A DNA stretch of 64,000 nucleotides from Raillietiella orientalis. Lineage: Eukaryota. The notes under the pieces were generated by a model. That model searched no databases. It had not been told where the DNA came from and saw only the letters and a list, made by a program, of their open reading frames with translations. This document shows, in pieces, positions 12,601 through 24,187 of the stretch. A program made the position numbers and the translations under genes. The stretch lies in assembly GCA_036172245.1 (NCBI GenBank), contig JAYWIR010000016.1, positions 1,302,001 through 1,366,000 of the forward strand, given 5' to 3'. Every line of letters starts with the position of its first letter. Position 1 is the first letter of the stretch.

Positions 12601-13382
12601 CTTTCTTTATCTTCACGGGATGATCGTTCTGCGGAGGAGAGGCGTTGTCAGCTACTCGCTGCCTGCCAGGAAGAGTCGTCTATCACCAGCGACCCGCTCA
12701 TCCCTTTTTCTCTCTCTCAGATTTTCCCTTCAGAAGAAATCCCTGAATTGTAATTCCCCTGCGGCGAATTCTAATGGTCGGAAAAGGAAGTCTGCACTTT
12801 GTGGATTCCGGCCTCGGGTGACTCTTCCAAGGTCGTCTGTGTGTCACGTCGTCGTCGGTCTTCCCCGCTTCCTACCTGTTTCACGTTTTAATTGATTTTA
12901 CATAGTTGGTTGGACCTTCTGCTGCTTGAAGATCTCGAATCCGGGCATCCTCGTACCGGATGCTTTCAGGTGAAGATTTCAGGTCGGATGGAGCATGCGC
13001 CGTACCAAATGCCCTTCCTACTGGCTCCGTCCAAAGACAAGGAGCAGCCTTTTACATGCAGCGGCCTCTCCTCGAAGTCCTCTCGGAATGCCTTGCCGAA
13101 AGCGTCTCTGGGAACCGGTGGAGTTCCCGAGGCCCGATGTCCCGATTTTGACGGCGGCGCCGATGACTCTCGCCTGGGGCAAAGCAGTCTCCACTGAGGA
13201 ACTCGGCGACGGCTGGACAGAGGCGAGGGGGAAGGGTGAAAAGAAGATGACTGCTCATCCGCCTCCACCCATTCAGGTAAGGAAGCGTAGGAACCCAGGC
13301 GCGGAAGCGAAGATCCTCTCCAGGGTCCCCGCAGCCGCTAAGTGCGCCGTCGCTGTCACACGCAAGCCGCGACCAAGTCGCG

Positions 13383-14172
13383 GCCGCATGGCTGCAGCTT
13401 CCGCACTTGGCCGTACCAGACGTCGCGGGTTCGAATCCTGCTCGGGAAGGATCGGCGCCGAGAACGGGGGGTGCGTCGTGGGTTTGGAACACCCATCCCC
13501 CGCGCAGGATGACACTGGTTGGTCTATTCGGGTGCGGCACTGGTGGAAGCAGCCGAAAACAGGATGTCCCCGTTGACCGGCTAGGATTGGGAGTTGATCT
13601 TCCGGGTCCTTCCAGAACATCAACGAGTAGCTCCTCTCCGGTTGTGAAAACGGGACCACCCTCTCCTCTAGGGGAGGAGGGGGGCATCCTCCATCTCATA
13701 CCACGAAGCTGTGAATTGATACAGACGGTCAAGAAGCACGCTGGTCCCATGGGGGCCGACCCTTCAGGAAAAATTCCTCAGCGTCCCTTCGGGGTTCTCT
13801 TCAGAAAAGCAAAACCAGGGAGTGTTTCCCTTGCAGGTTTCCTCCGGAGAAGAAATTCCAGGAGCAGATCCCTTCAAGGAGTTCCCTCGGGAGAGAACAA
13901 GGAAGCGAGGCTCCTTCGGAGGTTTCCTTCAGAGACAACCGGGACGGGAAGTGCTCTTCGGGACTCCTTCCCCAAAGTCAGAGAGGAACGGACTCCGGAG
14001 CCCTTCTTGGATTCATGGGGTGGTCCCCCTCCCGAGGTCACTCCCTATTACTTGAAGAGCGGCATGCGTCCTCTCGGGTGGCGTGGGCAGTGCCAAACAG
14101 CTTCGTGAGCCCCACTCCCTAAGGAGGCGAACGGCCCTTCGGCAATTCCTGAGAACCAAAGAAAAAAAAAAG
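13383..14172 (+). mobile_element. tRNA-headed SINE-like repeat, near full-length copy 1
   Basis: The head is GCCGCATGGCTG...GGTTCGAATCC (B box, 13428-13438). The body aligns by eye with the copies at 17432/24188, 36335-37013, 37140-37375 and 60950-61475. An A-rich tail lies at ~14157-14172. Confidence 0.75.
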
Positions 14173-17100
14173 GAAAACTCCGGAAAAAAATAATCTGGAA
14201 GGAGGGGAGCAGAACCCAAAAGGACCTCCACGTCTGCTGTTGTCAACAGAAGCTCCGGTGGCAGCAGCAACCTCCGGAAACTCGGTGGTCCCAAGTGCTT
14301 GCAGCGATTCTGCGGGAGGACGAGATTGCCCGCGGAGCGGACCTCGTCGGCCGGCAGGCTGGTTGCGCAGCATCCGCCCTCCGGCTCTCAGGACTCGGTC
14401 GTGCCCATCGTTGGTTCTAATAAGCGCCCCGGGAAAAACCGGGTTCGCACAGAACGCCCGGACAGAGCCTCCGGTCCCGCAAATACCCAAGCATCTCTGA
14501 GGACGTGAATCCCGTGTGCAAGATTCGTGTATGCAGACTGCGCCGCACAGAGCGTTCTGGTGTATCTCAAGCAGGCGTTTCGTGGATTCCAGGATCGGGG
14601 ATTCCAGACTTTCAAGCTTGGATTCTCGCGAAAAGCACACACACACGCACGCACGCAAACACACATAAATAAAAAAAAGAGAGGTCTCTTGGATGTGAGC
14701 TTCGTCGCCGCATCGTTTTCGCATGCATCCCACACTGCATCCGAACCCGATGGAAACCGTGTGCAAAGAGCCGGCTGCCGACGTCATCGAGCCCGGATCA
14801 GTATTCCTCTTGCAGCTTTACTTTGGGCATTAGGCGTTGTTCAAGCTGGAACGGTGCGCGTCCTTCCGGTGTTTTGGGAACGTGTATTTGGAACTCCGAA
14901 TGTGTGCATAAATCCTCTTGCGGCCCCATTACCGCGGATGGGTTCTTTTATCCATGTTTATTCGATTCGGTCAACAGGGACGTCCGACGGATTCTTCTGA
15001 AAAACAGTTGGGGGGAGGGAAAAAAAAACTTTCCTAATTTTCATCCCTCCAGCTCCAGCGCCAACTTCATCCCTGTAAGCGCGAAAAGTCGCCTCTCGGA
15101 GCGGATGTGCATCCTCGGGGAAAAAAATATTTTCACGAGGCGTTCCCCCGGACGCTATGCGAAGTGCCTGCACCGGTCTCCAATTAATCGAAAAGGCGGT
15201 TTGTAGGGAGGGAGGGGAGGGGGGGGGGGGTTCGTTTCGTCAGCTTTTATCCTTTGGAGTTCGTGTTCTCCAGGATATTCGCGAAGCGTTCGGATCCCGA
15301 AGTCCAGAGATCACGAAGGACGGGCGTTATTCCCCAGAGCCCAACGTGCTTTTTCAGGAACATCCAGAGGATGGTAGGCGTGTTCGTAGTCGTACTCGTA
15401 GTAGTAAGGCAGCATCGTTAACATCGCAATGGTGACGTTGCCACGTGAGCGGTGGAGTGAACAGCAGCAATAACTGTGACACAGCAACAGGAAGCGGCAG
15501 CGTAGAAGTGAATCTTCCCCCCTAGAACGATGGCGGGACGAGCCGTCCTTCGTTTACGTGGACAGCCGGCAACGGCGCGGAGTGGAAGGTGGACAGAGAC
15601 GATGATATCCACTGCTGCTGCTGCAAACTGGAGGCTCAAAGAGTGGTGGGTCTTCCCGTTGCCATTCATCGGCTCCGATCACACTCCGGTTCAGGTTCTA
15701 CCCGGTGCAACAACGCCCCGCCCTGCGTCCCCCGCCTGATTGGTCGATACGCGGTGGGGGAGTCGTAACACGGGAGGCATTCGGATCGGGCTGGGTGACT
15801 CAGCGTTCTGGCCGTTTCAAGAGCCTACCCTGTTCCGAACGGGCTCGAGGGCACTTAGGCCCTGAGCAGCTGCCGAGCAGGCCGTGGCTGCTTACCTGTC
15901 CTTGAAGCGGAGCCACTGAATTCCGCGCGTTGCTGCGGCATCCAGGCGCCCGCCTGCTTGACCGGCTCCGAGGTGGGCTTTGCGGTTCGACTGGGAACCG
16001 CTCGACGGCTCCCTCGAATACCCCACGAACTTCCCTCGGAGAGCAGCACTGCCCGTACCTCCCCCTCCGGAGCTCGGTTAGCTCTTTCTTCGGCTTCGAC
16101 CTTCGCGGGCGGTGGCGCTGCTCCGCTTCTCGGGAGCGCGCCACGATCTTCGCGCGAAGCGGCGCTCATGCAAGATGGGGGCAGCAGTTGCCCCGGAAGT
16201 TCGTGGTTCCTCGCCCCTTGCTCCCTTCACCGCAACTTCGAGCGAGGGGACGTGTCTTCCTCCTCCTTCGACCTGCCGACGTTGGAGGGCAGCGCGATCG
16301 ATTGCGTCGACAAGGGCCACAAAGGCTGCAGACAAGGGCTGCAGACATAGCAAGAAGAAACGACCTTGAGCTGCTGAGAGAACCGGTAAATTCGATCGAG
16401 GGGTAGCACCTCGACCGTTGTCATACCAGCTCCGTCGTGGCTTGCCACGAGCCCCAACCGCGGTTCGGGAGAAGATGAGACACGAGACAGGCACCGAGAT
16501 CGCGAAGACTGCAGTCTTTCGTTATCCGCTCCTCGGAAGAAATGCATCCACGTAAGATGAATGGCCGTGACTCCGCACCTCCTTCCCTATTTTATTTTTC
16601 ATCTGTCTCATGATGTCAGCAGGTCTGAGCTCTTGCCACGTGTGTTTGGATCGTACTGTGAGACACACTTGGACTTGGATGGTAACCATGGCAGCGGGCG
16701 CAAACGGAATCGGAGCGAAGGCATGGAAAAGAGAACCAGCCGAGAGGCAGGATCTCGGAATGAGAACGGAGGGGGCGGAGAGGAGGGGGGGGGTGCTTGG
16801 CAAGGGTCCCCCTTCTTTCGGGGAGTCTCGTGCCTTGGTGTTTCGCCTTTACCCGTCTCGAACCCTTCTCGGCGCCGCGCGGGGAGCTGCTGCGTCACCT
16901 CTCTGGACCCGTTCCCTGATCGCCGGCGGGCTGTCCGAGCTGATGTCGCAGGAGGCAAGTGCTACTTGTCGACGCCGCACGACGGGCAGGGGGAGTCGGA
17001 AAGGGCGCCGTCCTTCCCAGAACGAACTTTGGAAAGGCAGGCTCCAAGGTCGCCGGAGGCTCTTCCCCACCCGTCCCCCTACTCTTTCTAACGGTAGTCT

Positions 17101-17241
17101 TTTCGGTGCCGTCTGCGAGCCTCCTCAGCGAGGAGCTCACGCGGCACCAGCGGGTCAACACCTCGCCGCCGCTGCTTACCCGGTGTTTGCTTGGCTCTGG
17201 AATGCAGCAAACAAGGAGCTCCTTTCTCTCTCCCTCCCTCC

Positions 17242-17244
<3 letters not shown>

Positions 17245-17285
<41 letters not shown>
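17245..17285. repeat. (CT)n microsatellite
   Basis: About 20 uninterrupted CT units. Confidence 0.95.
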
Positions 17286-17287
<2 letters not shown>

Positions 17288-17431
17288 GTTCGCCTCCTCA
17301 GATTTTCCAGGAGCCGCCTGCAGCCGGGAGAGACCTTTGCGTCGGGAATCTTCGATGGGGCACCGACCGTCCCGAAACGACGAAGGCGGTCCCGTCGTCG
17401 ACGACCACGCGCACCAAGAGCCTCGGCGACC

Positions 17432-17576
17432 GCCGCATGGCGGCGCCAGGCGTCGCGGTTCGAATCCCACCCGGGGAAGGGGCGACGCCGAGAACGGGGG
17501 GTGCATCGTCGCCGGTTTCGAGCCTTCCCTGCAGGATGGCGCTTGTTGACCTTAGAGGCTCCCGGTGCGGCACTGG
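17432..17576 (+). mobile_element. tRNA-headed SINE-like repeat copy 2, 5' half (interrupted by LINE)
   Basis: GCCGCATGGC...GGTTCGAATCC (17457-17467)...GCCGAGAACGGGGGGTGCATCGT...GGTGCGGCACTGG. Homology stops at 17576 and resumes at 24188. Confidence 0.75.
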
Positions 17577-17829
17577 CTGACACCCGGTCACGCCGGAGCA
17601 TTTATTTCTAAACCTACATGTCTGTGGCAGGACGTTTGGTCTTGCCACGTTACTTATGAATACGAAAAGGAACCTGCCGGGATCTGGCAGGCAGACCAGC
17701 AGGCTGCGCCTCGGCAGCACGAATGAAGGGAATACAAACAAAAAGAAAAAAACCAAACCAAAAAAAACTTCAGTCAAAAAGGATGAAAGAAAGGGATGGG
17801 GGGTTGGGGAAAGGATCACTGTGTGTTGG

Positions 17830-19320
17830 GGGGGCTCCCGCTGCATCCTTCTAAGGATGCCGGTAAGTTCCTGTTTTATGGTTCCCAGATGAGGCCATCT
17901 TGACGCTGTCCTCATCTAGAGGACAGCAAAATGAATGGCGTCCCTGTCATTCTGCCCTCTGGCGTTGTTCCATGCGGCCACGATCTCGCGTAGGCAGCCC
18001 CGTGCTGCTAGGGATGAGGCCGGCGAGAGGGCGTTGCTCAGGAAGAGGCTCTTTAAAACGTTTCTGGTGTTGCTGCTGGGGATTCCAAGGGCCGTGGCCA
18101 AGCGTCCTCAAAGGGGCCGGAGGACAACACAGTCTACCAGGAGATACGGGAAGACTCCTGCTCCCCGCACCGTGCACAGTTTGGGTTCACACACCCCGTG
18201 TCCACAGATGCCGGCGGGCGTTGCACAGGATGCCCCAATGCAGTATCATCAACGCCGACTCCTGCCATTTTAAAGGGAGAGTGCGGGTGTTCATGAGCAC
18301 CGGGGGCCACTGCAGGTCTTCCCCCGGAATACCCAGTAGCATGCCCCAGCGCAAAAGCCCACGAGTCCGAGCACTCGGAGTCGCAGCGTCAGTGAGCTGG
18401 CTCGTCGTCCACTCGCCCAGTCCTCTTTTTCCGGAGATCTCTACAGTGATCTCCCATTTGGCCGTAAGGCTGCTGTCCAGATACTCCCTAAGGGAGGGCA
18501 CCCTAGCGGCGAGGGAGGTTCTGTTTGCCCATGCACTCTTCGCGGGATCTTCCAGGATCTCCCGGAGCGTGCAGTTGTTGTTGAGCGCGTACAGGGAACG
18601 TCGCCCCTGTTCCGCGCTTGGCTCCTGGATACGCGCCCACGTGCGAACGATTTCCTGCAATCGGGCACTACCGTTCGCGAGGCGGCACGAGATCCATCCG
18701 TTGTTCGTGTCCAGCGTGGCCATCTGCCGAAGGTGCAGTCCACAGTGGATGAGGCTGAGTGGAGGGCACTCAAGGAAGGACGTGAGCCCCACGCTGTCGG
18801 TGGCTTGCTGGAAGAGAAGACGTGCAGGTTGGCACCAGGTGGTGCTCCAGAGGTTTGCCGCGAGGGCAAGTGTTCGAAACTGGAGCTGCAGTTCCATTCG
18901 TTCCAGCATCAGGAAGAGATCTAGACCGCCGTCCGGCGTGGAGCCCACAAGTCCTTAAGGGGGACTCGGTGTCTCCATTTGCCCCAGAGGGCGATACAGA
19001 GGAGGTCCATTGTCCGCGTCCTAATGCTGCATGGAGGGGAGCAAACAAAAAGTAGGGGGCGGAGGAGGAAGACCACGAAGGCGTTCCGCACCGCGGCCCA
19101 TTCCGGCATCTGCCTCGTTGGGACGGGCCGAACGCCTGCAGTGCTTTTTGAAGACGGCCGGAACAGGCTTCTGAGGGGCAAAAGTCCCCCAGCGGAACGC
19201 CCATGTACTTTAACTACTGGCCCGTGGGGATTCTCATTCAGATCCAGTCCGGCCAACCTGCCCACGCCGCACCAACGGGAACCACGGACGACTTCGCCTT
19301 GTTCACACAAGGTTCAATGG
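17830..19320 (-). pseudogene. LINE ORF2 C-terminal region (RT thumb + pre-zf-RVT domain)
   Basis: ORF 18187-18948 reads DGGLDL...GLLRWGMLLG...LPLKWQESALMILHWGILCN and is homologous to 21104-21470, 21475-22016 and 62110-62880. Segment 18946-19310 is a thumb-domain copy. Confidence 0.75.
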
Positions 19321-19393
19321 CTCTCCCTGCCGTATGCAGAGTCGCTTGTGCGCTCCACGTCAGGATGCCTAGGCCGCCATCCCGACGCGGAGC

Positions 19394-20760
19394 TCACAAG
19401 TCCTTCAAGCGGACCCGGGCCCTCCCGTTGCCCCAAAGGGCGATACGGAGGAGGTACTTCGTCCGCTTTTTTATCCTCTCTGTGGGGGGGCAAACAAAAG
19501 GCAGGGAACTGAGGAGAGGAGCCGCGAACGTGTTCCAAACCGCGGCCCGTTCAGGCAGGAAAAACCTGCCGCCTGGGAACGGGCCGATCGCCGTCTCTAC
19601 TTTTTGGAGGCAGCTGGACCACGCTTCCGCAGGGGAATAGTCCCTCAACGGTACACCAAGGTACTTGAAGTACCTCACCGTGGGGATCCCCAAACGGACC
19701 CAGTCCTGCTGCCCTGCCCACGCCGCACCAACGGGCATCACGGACGACTTCGCCCTGTTCACCGTAAGTCCAGTTCCCCGATTCAGCAGGTCGAAGAACT
19801 CTTCGACCGCCGAAGCCGGGGTGGACATAGGGAGCAGCAGCAGAAGGTCGTCCGCGTACGCTGAAACCGCAGGCGTACCGGCGCAGTCGTGCGGCAGGTG
19901 CGTCAGAGTTTCCCTGTACGCCCTCAGTACCAACTCGAAGTCGGTACTGAAGAGCAAGGGGCTCAGGCTGTATCCCACGCCGCACCGGCACGCCGTGCAC
20001 GGTCTGCCCGCTGAAAGAAACGTTGATGAGCGCGGCGCGCCAGCTGGAGCGCAGATAGGCCACTAATGAGGCCGGGAAGCCCAAGCGTTCCAGAAGCTCC
20101 AGCAGGAGATTCTGGTCGACGCAGTCGAATGCGACCGCAAGGCCTCCCTCCCCCACCCGACCATCTGACCCTTTGCCGGCGCACGCACCGGAATTCCGGT
20201 TGCTCAATAAGCCCCTTTCTTGTTGGAGCTCTAGCCAGGTGGAAGCGTGGAACAGGTTCGCCTCCATGCTTCGCCCGGGAACAACATATGTCTGTTCCGG
20301 GCTGATGAAGGCGTTTGCAACCCGTCCCAGCCTCTCGTCTCAAACCTTTGCTAGCAACTTGGCGTCCGCATTCACTATTTTGATGGGACGCCAGTTGTTT
20401 ATGCGTTGTAGATCTCTCCTCCTTTGGGAGGAGCCGTACCCTTGCTAAACGAAACGAGGCGGGAACGTCGCCTTTTCTCGTATCAGCAGGGTCAATTTTT
20501 GTATCAGGGGGGTCAGCTCCGCCGCGAAGTATTGGAAAAACTCCGCAGGCAGGCCGGCTGGGGCCATCCGGTAGCTCTCTGCAGGAAGCGAACAGCATAC
20601 GGGATGACGGCCCTCTCGTTGGCGTCTTCATCTTCGGCTTCACGCCAGGCCGCCACAATCCCGCGGACGCAGCAAAGTGCTGCCAGGACTGCGGCTGTCT
20701 GCAGGGCGTCCCGCACGAAGAGAAGGCGGTAAGCGTCTCTGGAATTGCTGCCGGTATTCC
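19394..20760 (-). pseudogene. LINE reverse transcriptase domain (frameshifted)
   Basis: Motifs RVRLLPK, NWRPI, AFDCVD, LSPLLF, SAYADDL, VNRAKS and FKYLGV are spread across three frames. Confidence 0.9.
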
Positions 20761-20769
20761 AAGGGTCGT

Positions 20770-21103
20770 CCCGAAACGTTCCCGCAGGGGCCGGAGGGCA
20801 GGACAGTCAACTATCAGGTGGAGGAGGGACTCCCGCTACCCGGACCTGACACACTTAGGGTTTACTCTCCCCCTACGTCTCCCCTGCGTCGGACTGTGAT
20901 CCCTTTCCGGCCCCCCAAACAATTTCTTTTTTTTGTGTGTTTCGTTTATTTTTCTTTTTGTTTTCCCCCTATCCCCCTCCGCTGCCGAGGAGAGTCAAGC
21001 CAGTCTGCGAACCGGCTTCCTGGCAGGTCCCATGAACTATTGGCCGTAGCGGGGCCGCAGATGTACGGTGTTCATTAAGAAACGCCCCGGCGTGACAGGG
21101 AAG
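20770..21103 (+). mobile_element. Nested 3'-end fragment (3'UTR) of a related LINE
   Basis: A T-rich tract, CTCCGCTGCCGAGG and the terminal CGCCCCGGCGTGACAGGG are shared with the other LINE 3' ends. Confidence 0.65.
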
Positions 21104-21470
21104 AAACTCCCCCTCGTCCAATGGAAGCGGCGGGCGTTGCAGGGTATGCAACAACAGGAGCACCGACTCTTGCCACTTGAGGGGGAGGATCCTGGAACCA
21201 TTCAGTACCGGGGGCCACTTCAGGTTATCCGTCAGGATGCCGAGCAGCTCGCTCCATCTCAAAAGTCCACGTGGAAGGACACTCGGGGTCGTGGCATCCG
21301 ACAGCTCTCCCATGGTCCAACCGCTCATCTTCTCTCTGCTCGCGATCCGACAGGAGACTTTCCACTTCGGCTTCCGGCCGCTGACGAAGGCCCTCCGTAG
21401 GAAGGGCAGTGCCGTAGCTAAAGGGGTGATCTCCGCCCATGTGCTCCTGGCGGGACATCCAGAATGAACC
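21104..21470 (-). pseudogene. Additional LINE ORF2 C-terminal fragment
   Basis: KPKWKVSC...GWTMGELSDATTPS..RGLLRWSELLG...LPLKWQESVLLLLH is homologous to ORF 18187-18948. Confidence 0.75.
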
Positions 21471-21474
21471 GCAG

Positions 21475-22358
21475 GGTGCAGCGGGCCAAGGGCCTGCTTT
21501 GGTGGAGCGAACATTTAAGTGCGGCCCCGAAGAGATAGTGGTCCCCCCGTTTGTTTGGACAGTCCCGTGTCCCCCTTGAAATGGAAACAAGATGTGCTGC
21601 TGTTTTTACACTGGGGTCTTCATTGTAATCAGCGGCGAAGCATCGTTTCCGGGGAAGCTGCCTCGCCAAAGTGTCCGAGGTACGGAGAGATCGAGTCTTT
21701 TCCGCATCTCTTGCTGGACTGCGATGACCTCCGCGAACTGTGGCGAACGCTGATTTCAGCCATCATGTCACAGGGAGGCACTGCCATGGACGTGCTGCGA
21801 TACTTCTTCAGAAGGAACGGACTTTCGGTAGGCGTGATCATGTGTTGCATTCGCGCCATCGTCAAGGCCCGCTGCGCCCTGGAGTTGTCAGCGCAGCGTA
21901 GGGACGCCCACCTGCTTGCAGCTGAATCCATGGAGAAGGTCGCAGGGTGGTCTCACCTTCCTGACGAGGTGAAGGAGAATATCGCCGGCATACATCGGCG
22001 GTACACAGACGCTTAACAGCGGTGTACTCCGGTGATCCCTGTGACCTCTCGCACACCCATGTCCCAACCCTGTTCGCTCCGTTGAATTTTCGGTGCTAGT
22101 GTTTCTACCCCGATGCCTTCTGTAGAGATCCCAAAGACCCTTGTCCCGTCCCACCACACGTTGTTTTTCTTTCCTTTTTTTTTGTTTGTTTTCCCCGATC
22201 CCACACACCGTTCGGAACGATGTTACACCGGCCTGCTTGCCAAGTGGACACTTCATTTTTGTCCAGTCGTCGGTTGGTAACTTCGTTCCCAACTGGTTTA
22301 TTTTCTGTATACTTAATGTTTACATGGAATAAACGCCCCGGCGTGACCGGGTGAAAAA
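21475..22358 (+). mobile_element. Nested 5'-truncated LINE (zf-RVT C-terminus + 3'UTR), antisense inside the host endonuclease region
   Basis: PLKWKQDVLLFLHWGLHCN...KCPRYGEIESFPHLLLDC is zf-RVT-like, with a stop at 22016. A T-rich UTR and AATAAACGCCCCGGCGTGACCGGGTGAAAAA follow. Confidence 0.8.
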
Positions 22359-22491
22359 TCTCCTGCGCTTGTGCTGCGGAGATGACGTGCATCCCCTGCA
22401 GCATCACAAGGTCGAAGGACCGCAGGGTGTCGGCCACGCCCCACCTCTTGCCGTCGTTGCATAGCCCATTGACATTCCAAAGGTGAGCCAC
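22359..22491 (-). pseudogene. APE-type endonuclease N-terminus of LINE ORF2 (truncated by insertion)
   Basis: LWNVNGL...FDLVMLQGMH matches the WNVNGL...D(L/I)..LQETH motifs. Confidence 0.8.
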
Positions 22492-22519
22492 AGACGACGT
22501 CGAGAGGCGACTCCCGGCA

Positions 22520-24087
22520 TTACTGCTGGGAAAGCGGCGTGTCCACCCCCGCCGCCTGAGCGGGCGGCAGGATTTCGGGTACCTGAGGTACCTGAACGGC
22601 TTCCACCCCCTCCATCTCCTCCGTGGCGGGGCGTGGGACGTTCTCGGGCGACGAGTCCCGAGTGCCCACGCTCATCGCACCGTCGCTGCAGGAGGCAGAC
22701 TCTTCCCCTTCGACAGGAGAGATGTGTCTCCGACGAGTCTTGGACTGGCGTCCAGACTTCCGGCGAGGTGCTTCCGCGGCGGCAGATGCTTTCCCGGATT
22801 CTGCGTCGAAGTCCGAGATCTCGGGCACCTTCGTAGAGGTCGGATGCCGCAAGCCCTTTTTCGGGGCCTGGGAGGGCGGTGGCAGCGCGGCGGTGACCTC
22901 AACCCCTGATCCTTCTAGGGGTAGGTCGTTCCCGACGAACGGCGCAGCCGCGCTCCCCTCCTTGTTTGTTTTTTCCGCTCGGCAGCGTCGAGTTCAGGGG
23001 CGCCGCACTGGTCAATCGCGGGGATGCGGTCAAGGGTCACGCGGCAGCTCCTGGTTTTTTCGCGACGCGGCGGATTTTCGCTGCATGTTGCAATCTGCTT
23101 CTGCTTTTCAGTCTTTTTCAGGCTTTTTTTCTTCGTAACTACCTGCCATCCGTCCTGGCTGTTCCCCTTCAACCTTTTCAGCACTTGCGGCTGAGGTCGA
23201 TACGGCAGCCTCGGCTGGTGACTCGGAGGCAGCGGTTTGTTTGGCGGCTTTCGCGGCCGATTTTTTCATCTTAACCGCGCGCTTTCTCGCATTTCGAGCG
23301 AACGCGACGGGGACGATAATTTGCGGGAACACCGCACTGGTGTACCCCATGGTGTGGCACTGCTGGCACTGCACACTCGGACACCTCTTTTTGAGGTGAC
23401 CTGAAGCGTTGCAGTGCGCGCAATATTTGGGTTTCCCCACGTACCACAAGTCTACCGGTTCCCCAACGATCTGTAGCTTGTGGGGTAACCCACAGCCCTC
23501 GCGCATGGTGATTTGCGCTGCCACAAGGCCCCTCCGAGGTTCGCGGTATTCCACGAAGGGAGAGGGCTTCTTCCACAGCACATGGACCGTGCCATATTTG
23601 GCAAGTTCGTTGCGAACGGCCTCCTTGGTCATCCGCAACGTTATTCCCAGAAGGTGGACCACTATCGAGCGGTCCACCGTGATCGGGAGGAGCCTCCTGC
23701 TGCCCATCGCAACAGGGGACCTCAGTAATCGTTGGGCAAGGTCTGCCTGCTTGCAGACCACCTCAACATACTGGCCCCCGCTCCGGATGGTCATCGCGAG
23801 AAGGTCCTCTTGTTTGATGCCGTGAGCGTACATCGTCCTCGAGAAGGCGGCCATGCTCTCCAGACTGTACAAGTTACCTACCTTGCAGAGGAGTACGGGG
23901 TTGTAGCTCTCCTCAATGTAGGCCTTCTGTTTAGACATGGCTGCCGGCGACAGAGCCACGGCCACGGCGTTCCACCCCTCACTGGCGCAAGGGACGACTC
24001 AGTGGGGGCGGACGCCCCCACCTCCATAATCTCAGAGGGAGATGCGGGCATCTCCCCCTGGCCTTCATTGGTGGTGGTGTCAGGCAT
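22520..24087 (-). pseudogene. LINE ORF1 (gag-like RRM + zinc knuckles), frameshifted
   Basis: ATG at 24087 (MPDTT...). The core ORF 23108-23965 has ELAKYGTV, WYVGKPKYCAHCNASGHLKKRC (CX2CX4HX4C) and a second degenerate knuckle CQQCHTMGY. A low-complexity C-terminal part includes WQVVTKKK. Confidence 0.85.
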
Positions 24088-24187
24088 CGCTGCCTGCGTC
24101 ACCACTGAATCCACCCGAACTACTCACTAGAGAAAAGTAGCACCCGCGGAGCTAACGGGAAACACGTCCTTGCGGGGTCGCGCGGGG

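Larger units (their letters stand above)
17577..24187 (-). mobile_element. Tx1/L1-clade non-LTR retrotransposon (both ends present, degenerate, with nested insertions)
   Basis: On the minus strand the order is ORF1 (RRM-like + CCHC knuckles), APE endonuclease N-terminus, RT (YADD), C-terminal domain, U-rich 3'UTR with AATAAA. It is flanked by the direct repeat GCGGCACTGG at 17567-17576 and 24188-24197. Confidence 0.85.

Noticed and set aside
13383..13450. Functional tRNA genes at the GGTTCGAATCC motifs
   Set aside because: The D-arm and anticodon arm are degenerate, and every copy continues into the same long repeat body, so these are SINE heads.
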